Assembly: GCA_965216875.1 (NCBI GenBank)
Contig: OZ244207.1
Span: forward strand, 6,592,001 to 6,656,000
Reading direction: 5' to 3'
Source: Rubripirellula sp.
GTDB taxonomy: Bacteria; Planctomycetota; Planctomycetia; Pirellulales; Pirellulaceae
Length of the DNA: 64,000 nucleotides
Below, piece by piece: positions 46,301-58,300 of this stretch. Position numbers and translations under genes: made by a program. A model generated the notes under the pieces. The model was not told the DNA's origin, ran no database searches, and worked only from the letters and a program-made list of their open reading frames with translations. Each line of letters opens with the position of its first letter. The first letter of the stretch is position 1.

Positions 46301-49300
46301 GCAGATCGCGCAGTTTGTTGCGCACCACGACCTCAAGCACGTCTGGCGCAACACCTTCCGGGATCACGCTCGCTAATTGTGCTGGATCCGTTGTGATGGA
46401 AACATCTTCGACCAAACGCTGTTCGAGCGAGCCGTCGATCTGGCCATCTGCCGATTGGTCGCCGTCAAGATCAAGATCTGCAAAGCGGTTGTCGAAGATG
46501 ATTGTGTCATCACCAAGCACACCTGTGTCGTTGCCGTCTTGGTCGCGAACATTGCTTCGCGTCAAGCCATCGACAATGACCGGGCCTTTGATACCCGAGA
46601 GGTTTCTTGTTTCGGGAACAAAGACCGGAAGCGTCGACTCGGGAACATCGATGACTTCGGTTTCGACCAAGTCAGGTTGAGCGGTGCGTCTGACGATCGT
46701 TTTGTATCTCGCCGGCACATAGACACGTTTGTATTGCGGGAATAGTTTCACCCGCCCGACGTTGATGCCGTAACCGACAAGCACTTGATAAGAATAGGCT
46801 GCGCGCGTCAGAACCCGCTCCGTCGTCACAATGTCTGGCTGTGGCGTGCGTGTGACTTGCGTGTATTTCGACGCAGGGATCACCACATCCAAGTCAACCG
46901 CATCGCCACCGACATAGACCGTGTCGTTGCCGCTGCCTGTGATGATTTGGATCTCTTGGTCATCAAGCGTTCCGTACAGGTAGACGGTGTCGTCACCGGC
47001 ACCGGTCAAGATGATCAATCGTTCGATGCCTTGGATCTCGGGGATCACCAAGCCGGCACCATAGATCCGCTGGGTAGGAACAAGCTCGCCATCGACATCG
47101 ACGTTTTCGACAAAGATCGTGAAGACGTCATCGACTTGAGTGCCCAACACAACGAGCGTGTCGAAACCGTCGCCACCGAAGATGTTCACCGGCGCGTTCT
47201 TGACATACGAAAGCGTGTCGCGTTCGCCTTCCTCGCTAAAGACGTTGATCTCTTCGGACGGAGTGAAGTTGTCGTCCGATTCGGTGGTGATGTGCGCCTG
47301 CAAGAAAAAGGTGTCGTCGCCCGCTTCGCCGAATAGCGAAATCTCAGCGATGTTGTGATTCACTTCAAAGTAATCATTTCCCGAACCGCCAAAGAACGAG
47401 GCCGGAAAACTGACGCCATTGGTGATTTCATCAACCACATCGATCCGCCCAAGTTTCGGGTCGACAATCGATTTGGTCGAAAGCACGTTGCCAATAAAGA
47501 AGCGGTCGGAGCCACCATCGCCATGGACCGAAAGTTCGGTGCTGCTATCGTCAACGATGAACAGGTCGTTTCCATCGCGACCAGAGACCATCACGTTTTC
47601 GGCAGACCGGTAATCAACAATCTGGCGAAACGCTTCGGTCACGCTCGTGTCGCGAACGACGATGTCGGTCGAGAATTCGTCGAGCGTGTCAAAGGTGGAT
47701 CCATCACCGGCATCTTCCGGACGAGGCGCAAGACGCTGGACGACGTCGACGTCAAAGACGAATGTGTCCGCAACGTTCGTTCCAAAGATGGCGAGATTGT
47801 CGATTCCTAAGTTGTCGTCGTCTTCGCCAATTTCGACGGTTGAGTTGATGTTCGAATTCGAGGTCCCGCTTAGAGTGATCTGGTATTGGTCACCCGATTG
47901 ACCACCGTCGAGGAACGCTTTGCCTGTGAAGTCGCGCAGCGTAAAGACGTTAACACTTAGCGATGGGTGAAGACCTGCGAGATCGTTGTAGCCCAATAGC
48001 TGGACGGTTTCGAATTGCCCATTGATGAATTCAACTTCTCGGCCCGTTTCCAGTCGCGGTGACGGGTTCGAATTGCCTTCTGCGTCGGTTTCCGTTCGAC
48101 CGAAATCGAGAGACGCAACAACAAGCTGCTCATCGCTCAGCGTAAAGTTGGCGTCGCGTGTTTCGAGCAAAGTGTCGTTTCCGGATGCATCGACAAACGC
48201 GTCGACGCCTGCGCCACCCGTAACCAAGTCGTCGCCGCTGCCACTATGGATGAGATCCGCAAAGGGTGACCCGACGATTTCGTCGTCACCACTGCCGGCG
48301 AGCATCGACAAGGCAATCCGGTCGGTCGCGACGTCACTGGCAAAGATCGCATCATCACCGTCGAGCGTTTCGATGATGAGTTGATCGTCGGCCGACCCAC
48401 CGATGCGCTGCGAATTTGCGATCGAGACCGTCGCGCCACCTTGCTGGGCGACATAGACGAGTTCGCCGTCGGTGCGGACATCAAAGGTGTCCGACGAAGC
48501 CGAGCCAACCACACGCAAAACGTCGACCTGGGAATCGATTCCGAATTCGGGTGTGATAAACGTTTCTGTGACGAGGTTGCCTTCGGTGTCGACTTGAGCG
48601 TTTCCGTCACTATCGAGTACGGGTATCTCGACGCGTTTGGAACGCTGGATGCTCCGCAGTTGCACCTCTTCGATGATCGGTTGGCCACCTGCGTCAACGA
48701 TCGGTTCGCCACCAATGTTTTGATGGACAAGAATCTCGGTTGCGTCAACGATGATCGGGACGAGGACGGGTTGTCCGCTGGCATCAAATTGGAATAGGCC
48801 GCCGTCATGCTGCACACGCAAAAAGGTGTCGCCAATCGGTGTGGTGTTTTCCGCGAGCGGTTCCGAGGTCGGGAAGACTTGCGGTACGGTGCGGAATTCG
48901 GAAAGGGTTCGCGTCTCGACCCTCTCGGTGATTGGCATTCCCACTTCATCAAATTGCGGCGTGCCGCCGTTGTTTTGTTGGACGAGGACCGGATTGCCTG
49001 CATCATCAAGAACCACATCGCCGTCGACATTTGAAAGTTCGACGAGCACTGGCGCACCGTCCGCGTCGAATAGGAACGAACCACCCTCGTGCAGTTGGCG
49101 CTCGAATGCGATCGCCGTCTGGGTTTGATCAGCAAACGGAGCATCGTTCGGGAAAACGGTCGGCGTACCCTCTGATTCGACAAGCAGCGTTTCGCCAACG
49201 AATTGGTCTTCTTCGATGGTCGTGCTTTCAAGGATCTCGCCAGTGCCAAAATCGATATCGATATCGGTGATCGTTGTTGCGCTCAAGTCTTGCACGTCGA

Positions 49301-52300
49301 CGCGATCAGCACCCTCGCCAAGCGAGATGCTGATCCGTTGGAAGTCGTCAATGGCAAGTGCGTCACCGATGCCCGACGAGAAATAAACAATGTCAACACG
49401 AGCGTTGCTCGATGCATTGGGACTGATCGTCAGTGCGTCGCTAAAACGTCCTTCAGGCGCGAAGAGTCGAAGTGTGTCGGGGTCGGGGACTTCGGTCGTC
49501 CCCACTGGCAAGAAGACTCCGGTTGGGTTTGCGTCGTCATCGATGATTTCGCCCGTTTCCGGATCGGTGTTGACCGCGAAGGTTGATTGGCCGCCGTCGA
49601 CAAGAGTGTCGGCACCGTCGCCGACTTGCCAGTCGATGGTGTCGCCCCCGGAGCCACCGCGAACTTGGTCGCGGCCGCTTCCGCCGGCAAGTGAGTCGTC
49701 GCCCGCTTGGCCCCAGACCGCATCGGTGCCAGCGCCACCTTTCAGGAAGTCGTCGCCGGCACCGGTGCTGGTGACCAGGGTCACGACCCCAAAAGCGTCA
49801 ATCGAAACCACATCGCCGTAGATCTGATCGTCGCCTTCGCCCCCTTCGATGTTGTCGTCGCCATCGCCGCCGATCAACAGGTCGTCACCTTGATCGCCGC
49901 CAAGGAAATCGTTGTCGTCGTCGCCGCTGATCAAATCGTTTCCGCCGTCGCCGCGCAACATGTCGTTGCCCGTTCCGCCGCCGATGTCGTCATCACCGCC
50001 GCCACCGGAGATCATGTCGTCACCCGCGCCGCCACGCAGCCTTTCTGGGGCTGACGAACCAAAGATCATGTCATTGCCAGCTCCGCCAGAGATTTCGTAT
50101 TGGAACGTTCCGCTTCCGGTTAGCTGAATCAGGTCGTTGCCCGCACCGCCATCGACAAACAAGTTCGCGGAAACGCCGGTGTCCAAAATGTATTCGTCCG
50201 CGCGGCTGGTCCCGTTGATTCGGATTTCGTCGACATCGGCCGGGGCAAAGTCAACGACGTTGCCGCGCGAGGTCACAACGATCCGCTCGTGCGTTGAAAA
50301 GTCAGTCTTGCTCAGCGGATTGACGCGAATCTGTTTTTGCTGGACTTGGTAGATCTCGCCCTGGGTCGGATTGACCGGTTCGCCTGGGCCGGGAACGTAA
50401 TCGAGTGTCAGGACACCGGCGTCAAGTTCGGCGATCTGCGCATTGGGGTCGGCGCAAGTGAAGTTAAACTTGCCGATCACTTCGTTGACAAAGCTACGGC
50501 GAGCTTCGAACAACGTCTGTTGCCCAAAGATTCCCAGGTCGACGCCAACCCAGAAGAACGCATCCAAAAAGGCAGAGAGTTGCCCTTCGGTATCGAAGAC
50601 ACACGACGGACCTTGCGAAAGTCGCGTGGAGAGTTCGTCGACGCTCAAACGGCCATCGTGGATCTTTTGCGATTCAGTGGATAGGAACGGGTTAGGAACG
50701 TCGTTCAAGTCGAATTCGATGGCTGCCTTGATACCACCCTCGACGCCCGCTTCGACAAGTCCCGGAACACCGACCGAAGCGCCAGCGATGATGCTTGAAG
50801 TGAGCGTGACTTCGGGTTTGTCTGACTTAACAACACCGTTGCCGTCGACAACTGCGAAGTTTGGGTCAAAGGTAACGTGATCATCGATAAAGAATCCGTC
50901 AAAGACTTTGCCAACGTCGGCGAGATTGAATCCACCGTCGGCCCAAGTTTTCAAACCCGATGTGTTGAATCCAAAATCAAAGTTTGTGTCAGCGGTGACG
51001 CGACCACCGAGTCTCGCGTTCAGTCCGGGAAAGACGGGGTACGACTTGACGTAGCGGAAGTTCAGATTCAAGCCCGGCAAGTTGTAAACGAACAGGTCAG
51101 CGTCTTTGCCCAGCAGCATGTTGAAGGCGGTGATCGGTTGGCTGAGCAGTGGGAATTGAAAACTTCCTTTCGTGGTTCCAAAGTTCTTGGCAACGTTTTT
51201 GGTTTCTTGATTCTGCGCGTTCTGGTCGATTTGCGTTTGAGGGTCTTTGGCTCCATCACCGCCTGCGACGCCCTGCCCCGTTCGAAGGTCGCCGCCGACG
51301 GTGAATGTCCCCAGATCAATATCAAGGCTTTCACCACCAATCGCTTCGAAGGCCTTGATCGAATCGACAAAGTCACCGACCTGTTCGATTGCACGAACAC
51401 CGGTCGCAACGCTCTTGAACTTGGTTGGCCCCAACACGACTTCGGCAATGTCAAGCAGCGAGGTGGCTGATGCGCCGAGTTGCTCAAGGAATCGAATGTC
51501 GGTTGTCAGCAGGTCGACGATCGGTTTGACCGGATCGATCACCTTCGAAACTTGGGTGACCAGTGGGCTGACGAAGCCCGAAACGAATTCACCCAGCTCA
51601 AGGGTGACGTTTTCGAAGACGACGACGGGGGCATCGCCAAAACTTGCTGACGAGCCGCCCGTGCCAAACTCAGCCTCGGCAAAGGTCTGGTCGTAGTGAA
51701 TGACCGTTCGGATCGACGGGAACTGAAGCCCATCACTTGCGGGGATTTCAACCACCGCGTCCAAGTCGACGTTCGCGCCGGCGGTGACTCGGCCGGTGAC
51801 GGACAGTGCCTCTGCTTTCAGTGGCGACCAGCGGTCATTGCCGTCGCCATCTTGCAAGTCGATTTCGATGCCTCCAAACAATCGGCTCTGTCCATCGTCG
51901 TCGACGGATTCATCAAGCATCACGCGCAAGAAACCGAGTTGTCCCTCGAGCGAGCTTCCCGGTGTGACTGATGCGCTGAAGTCGAGCGAAAGCTCCGAGC
52001 CGCTGTCGGTCACACCCGCGGTGTCAACGTAAAACAGATCGGCTGCTGACAATCCAAACCCGAACCCGAAGGTGTAGCCGAGGTCAAAGACGAGACCTGC
52101 ATCGCCGCTTGTGCTTAGACCAAGGCCAGGTGCCGATGCGTCAAAGGTGATCGGTAGTGTCTTCTGGAAAATGGTGTCCGCCAAGACAACGTTGAACTCA
52201 ACCGTGTCGTCGCTGATTGTGATCCCGATGTCTTCGGGACTGGTGACTTCACGCAAGACCAAGTTGCCAGTCGCGTCATAGGTTGGACGGCCTTCGGCAT

Positions 52301-55300
52301 CCAAGACCGGGACACGCAGCAGGTTTTCGCCCCCGCCGACGGCACCCAAGGCATCGAACAAGCCTTGACGCAGGACGTCGATAACGCTTTCGCCATTCTG
52401 GACCGCTTCCTGAAGTCGCTGGCCGACGCGTCCGCCCGTGTAAACTCCATCGGATCCTTTGACGCCCAGGACATCGTCTCGCAGGTCCGCAACGAAGCTT
52501 GCTGCGTCCGAGAGTGCGTCGCCGACCAGTGGCAAACCGATCGAATCGAGTTGTGCATCAATGTCGGATTCAAGCAAGTCGAATGTCGACTCGAGTCCAC
52601 TTAGGACCTTGGCCGGGTCGTTCAGCAAGGCTCCGATCCCGAGCAATTGCTCGACTCCTGGACCGGCCAAGTCAAAGCTGAGTTCCCCTTCTTCGAACGC
52701 GGCACCAATGTGCAGCACATGGTCGGGAATCGCATCGGCGTTTCGATCTTCGGTCGTTCCGCCAACCGGTATGTCCGAAGCAAGGAAGAGGGGCAGATTG
52801 ATCTCGGTGGCGATCTCGACCGAAACCTCTAAGTCGTCGGAATTGATCGACGACAACTCGTAACGATCGTCTTCGTGGTCGGCGAGTCCGTAAGCGGCGC
52901 GGACATCTAAGTCGACGGTTGCGTCATCGATCAAGAAACCAATCGTGCCGAGCGATGCGTCTTGGACACCAACCAATCTTGCCAGGTCGAGTTGTACTTC
53001 AACGTCGACCGGAGCACCAAGCCCCGCGTCAACGGCGACAAAGATCTCGGATTGATCATCCAAGAATTTGATCGGGTCGGTCACGTCCGACAGATCCAAT
53101 CCAAATCCGAAATCGACACCTGCCGATCCCGACGCTACCAGTTTGACATTGCCATCGTCGCCGCCGATCGACGCTTCGATGGCGTCCAAGTCGATTCGGT
53201 CACGCACTCCATCGAGAAGTGGGCTGTTGTCGATAAACGACTGGATGTCATCGAGGAAAAGGTCACGCAGATCGAGTTCAAAATCGAATTCGACGTCGGC
53301 CAATGCCTTTTCAAACGCAAAGTCGACCAACAGCGTTGAGTTTTCGTAACGCAGTGCAAACGGATCGGCATCAAAACCGAGCACACCGTTGACTGCCGCG
53401 TTGAGTTGGCCAGCGAGTGTGCCGAGGCTCGAACTCGAATCGCTGCGCACGTCTTCGATTGCGTTCTTCAATCCCGTGATCAGGTCCGCGGTCCCGTCGC
53501 CAAACAAATCGATCGCACTTTGGTTGATGCCGGGAAGCTTGCGAGCGATGAGGCTTCCGTTTTCGGGATCTTCGTCAACAAGGGCATCGAGCCCAGCGAC
53601 GAGGGCATCAAGGATTTGGTCAAGGCTAACGCCTCGCAAGTCGAACAAATCGGACAGCCCGGGTGTCTCAAGTTCGATGTCAGCGATCAGCGAGTCGAGA
53701 CTTCCAACGCCGGCAGTGATTTCGCCGCTGGCGCGAATAGCGAGTCCTTCGCGATTGACGCCGGCAAGAGCGCCGGTCAACGAAAGTGGCAAATCGATCT
53801 CGAAACCACCTCCCGCGGAAAGCGATGGCACGAGAAGCATCGGGCTGACTTGATTGCTAAGCAGTGCCGGGTAATCGAGACGGACATCCGTCCCCAAACT
53901 CATTTCACCGCCGATTTCGATCGAGCCTCCGTCGATCGACAGACCAAACGGCCCGATCGCGATATCGACATCAAGCGGTTCGTCGCCACTGCTCGCCTGC
54001 AAGCTGGCCACCAGGTTGGGCGAATCGACATAAAACTGGCCATTGGCATCGAGGCCAAACAGGAACTGCAAGTCGATGCCGGCGGAGACTTCGATCGTTG
54101 GGACCGCATCGGAAGCCACGCGGATACCAAGCGACGTCGGATCGAGATCACCAATGCGCAGTTTCGACAAGTCGAACGCAAACGATTGCTCCGAATCAAG
54201 GCTCGGCAAATCGAGGGTCGCCACAAACGCGACTTCGTTGCTGCTTGAAGCAAAGTCGAGGTTCGGCTGGAGTGCAAGGTCCATTGTGGTGATGACACCG
54301 TCACCATCCAGGTCGCCGCCATCGGCAAAGATCGCGGCAACTTGGTCGACCACGTTTTGTTGCAAGCCGTCAAGCAACGGGTCAGCGGCGCCTAGTTCAA
54401 TTCCTAAGATCCCCGCCAAGTTCACGTCGCCGATGAATGGAATCTCGACACTGCTGCTAAGAAACCGATCGAGTTGTTCGCCGAGGCCGCCCACCCAATT
54501 GCCAAAGGCATCCAACCCTTGGACCAGCCGCACTTGTTCGGGCGATTGCGTGTTGACGACGCTGGTCGTTTCGGCCGGTGGGTTCCAACGCACGCCGGGG
54601 GCGATCTCTGCGGCCATCAACCCAGCGCCGTCGTTTGAATCACGCAGTCCAATCGTGTGCCCGATTTCGTGCATGACAACCGTCAACAGATCAATGTTGC
54701 CTTCGGGGACCGATTCATCCGATTCGGGCGTTAGATCAACATGCCAGAAATGGCCTCCGGCGGTTGAGTCGATCAGGATGGTTCCGTCGGCAAGGCGGCG
54801 GGCAAGTTCTGATTCAGGAAGGTGTCCAAAGGAGATCGATGGCCGCGGTACAACGACGGTCGCTGATGTGTCGCCCGCGACAACCAAGTCGGCCGCCTGC
54901 CATCGGGCGACCGCTTGATCAATGATCGCGTCGATCGACTCATCCACTTCGGTGATTGCAGCCGCTGGCAACTGTGGCGCGGTCAACGCTTGTTGCACGC
55001 TTGGCCCGCTCGACTGCGCAATCGATGTCGGGACATCGCGGCGAAGTTCTCCCGGCGCAAGCTCACTTTGCATGATCGCTGCGGAACTGTCGATTCGTAG
55101 ACCGCGCGCGATCTCGTGAATCAACACGCTCTTCAGGTCGATCTTGCCAGCCGGGACAGGATCTTCGGTAACGTGCCAGCCGAAATCCGCGGCGGTCGCA
55201 TCGATCAGAAGTTCGCCACTTGGCGTGCGTGCTGAAAGATCCGTGCCGGGCAAGTCAACGATGCGAACGGAAAGTTGAGCTGGATCCACAAGCACGCCGC

Positions 55301-58300
55301 CACGGTCGGTCAACAATCGTCCATCAACGTGTTGCAGCGTAAACGGTTCGTCGCCCGATCCATCCGTGCGTGGCACCGAGATTGTGACACCGTCGAACGC
55401 ATCGATTGCGTCGGAAAGAATGCCCGCTGGAATCGCGGCGATGCGGTTGTCGCTCGGAACCGATGCGCTGATTACCGAAGTCTGCGGTTGTGGTTGCAGG
55501 TCGGGAATCGGACCTTCAAACGTCGACAGGACGCGGGGCGTCTTGATCCATTTCGAACCGCTGTAGATTCCATCGCGGTCGACGATCGTGTAGTCGTCAC
55601 CGCCTGATTGCGAAAGCAGAATTCGATGTGGGAGTTCCGCATTGTTTTCGTCGACAAAGTAAATGGCCGTAAAGGATTCGCCGCCGACCGATTCGGTTCG
55701 AACCAACCAGTCCCACGTGGTGGGCACCGACGAAATGTCGATACGGTCGCGACCGCCACCGCCGCGAACCGTGTCGACGCTCCAACCAACGATCGTGTCG
55801 TCGACGTTGGTCGTGGTGAAGACGAACGTTTCGTCTGCTGAGGTCCCGATGATCGTGTCGTTGTGGGGGCTCGCGATCACGCGATTGCCCGCTTGAATCG
55901 TGGCAAACGGAGAACCATCACGCGTGATCGATTGATTCGGCAGATCGATCACATAGTCGCCAGCAACCGATTGTTGCGACAGATCGATGGTTTGCGATCG
56001 AGGCGACGAAACGCCGGTTTGTGGGTTGCGTACGACTTGCCCGTTGATCGTGTCGCCGTCATCGACATCGAACGCAGTGTCGGCCAGGATCCCGGTTGTG
56101 AACGAATCAGCAAACGGCGACCCAATCACCTCGCTCAGTCCAACCACCGCGCGGTTCTCGAGACGTTCGCTCAGTTGGTTCACTTCGCCAAAGCCCGAGT
56201 CAAACAAAGTCGTGAGTCCACCAAGCCGTTGTCCTTCGATTCCGGTCGCCTTGCCGGTCGCGGTATCCGGCAGACCTGGGATGATGATTTCACCACCTGA
56301 AAGGAGCCAGGATTGAACCGTGTTCAAGGTGTCGTTGACCGCATCAAATACTGGCTCAAAACGATCGAAGGCTCCCAGGTCAGGTACGCTACTAAAGGTC
56401 CCGGCCGTGGTGTCGACCACGACCTGACGGCCGTAGTTGGAGTAGTCGAGTTTGACGCGACCAAAACTACCGCCCGACACCGTGCCGCGTAGCGTCGCAT
56501 CGTCATGCATGCGGACCGTCAAGGTTCCACCCTTGGGACCAACAAGCGACTCGATGTCCATCGCCGCGACGTAACTTGTTCCTTGACTGAGGATCTGTTG
56601 AATCAGGGAGGAATCGGGATCACCTGGCAACAGATCCGCAAGCGGTCGCGCCGTCGTTTCCTTGGCGACGACGAGATTGGTTGCAACGGGCGCATCGCCG
56701 TAGGTCGCAACGACTTCTTCAGGCGTGACGTTGGGATCGAAAAGAGCTTTGATTGCGTCAATCGCTTCTTCGACCGAAGAGATCGGGTAGACATCGACTT
56801 CGACGCTGCCTACGAGACCAGAGAAATCGAGCGTGTCGAGCGCGGCCGGAATCGGTTCGCCACCAATCGAAAGCTCAGGAAATTCAAAGACCGCAGCTGC
56901 GCCCCAAGCGTTACCAAAGCGATAGGTATCCGCGCCACCTAGCCCGGAAAGAAAGTCCAAACCGGGACGCAGGGTCTTGTGTTGAAAATCGTTGTTGGCG
57001 TTATCACCTTGGATCAGGTTGATACCCGCGCCGAAGGAGACGTCGGTGATGCGAGGATCAAGCCCACCCGATTCGAGTTCAAAACGTTTGATCCCTTTGA
57101 TCGTTTTGCTGATGTTCGACGACAGCATCGTCGTCAAGTCTCTCGTCTGCAGATTGACGATGTTCTTGTTAAACAGGTCGGACGGACCAGGTACCTTGAG
57201 TGGCTCGGTGAGATCAACGCGATGGCCGGGGCGAATTCCCGAGGGAGTGCTGATTTCGGTCGGCGCAACCCGCGACCAATGGGCACCGGCCGTGAAGATC
57301 AGTCTGCCGGGATAGTTCACGCCATCGAACACTCGATAGCTGTTTTCGTTTCGCCCGCTCTTGATCACCGTGTTGGCACCGACGCCAAGGATCGTGATCG
57401 TCGGGGCCTTGAGTCCAGGGACGTTGTCTTTGATCGAGTTGACCGTGCCCAAGCGAATGATCTCGACGGTGTCGTCCGCCTTGAAATCGAACCGCAGGGG
57501 CGTTGTTGTTCCACCAAAGTCGAGATTCAATTCGGCGTTTGCGGGGAGGGTCCGAGCGTCAATCGTGACACTGTTCCAGTTATTGTCGAACAGGAATTGT
57601 TGGTTCCCTTGTCCGGGGATGATTTCGGCAATGCGAGGATTGGCGATCTCGAGACGGTTGCTCAGCGGATCGTCAAACGTGCCAGCCGCTTTGTCGAAAC
57701 CGAGGGGGCCCGCTTCATTGCGCTGTCGCGTGAACGCACCTGTACCGATCGAGATCTTGCCAGCGGTGAAGCTGTAAGTGATCGGCTCGTTGACTCTTGA
57801 AAAGTCGAGCGCGTCCTCGGCACCTTCGAGAAACACGGTATCGATCCGATCGCGACCCCAGTTGGGACCCAATTGATAGACATCTCGGTTGCGCCCACCG
57901 ACAAGGATGTCGTTGCCTGGGCCACCGACAAGCAAGTCTTTTCCGGAGTCGCCAAGCAACAGGTCGTCGCCGGCACCCGCTTCGATCACGTCATCGCCCG
58001 CTTCGCCGCGAAGAATGTCCGGTCCAGCGCCGCCATCAAGGAAGTCGTTCCCCGCGTTGCCGAACAGATCATCGCTGCCACCACTGCCGAACAGGCCATC
58101 GTTGCCATCACCGCCATACAGTGAGTTGTCGTCTTCATTTCCGAACAAATGATCAAACTTGGAACCACCAAAGACGCCAAAGCTGTTGGTTGTCGACCCC
58201 TCGACCGCGGCGAAGTCGCCAATCTCAGTGCCGACGTTGAATTGGACGCCCAGTTTTGGGTTCGTCGAATCGAGCACTCGCGAATCGAAAATGTCTTGTA

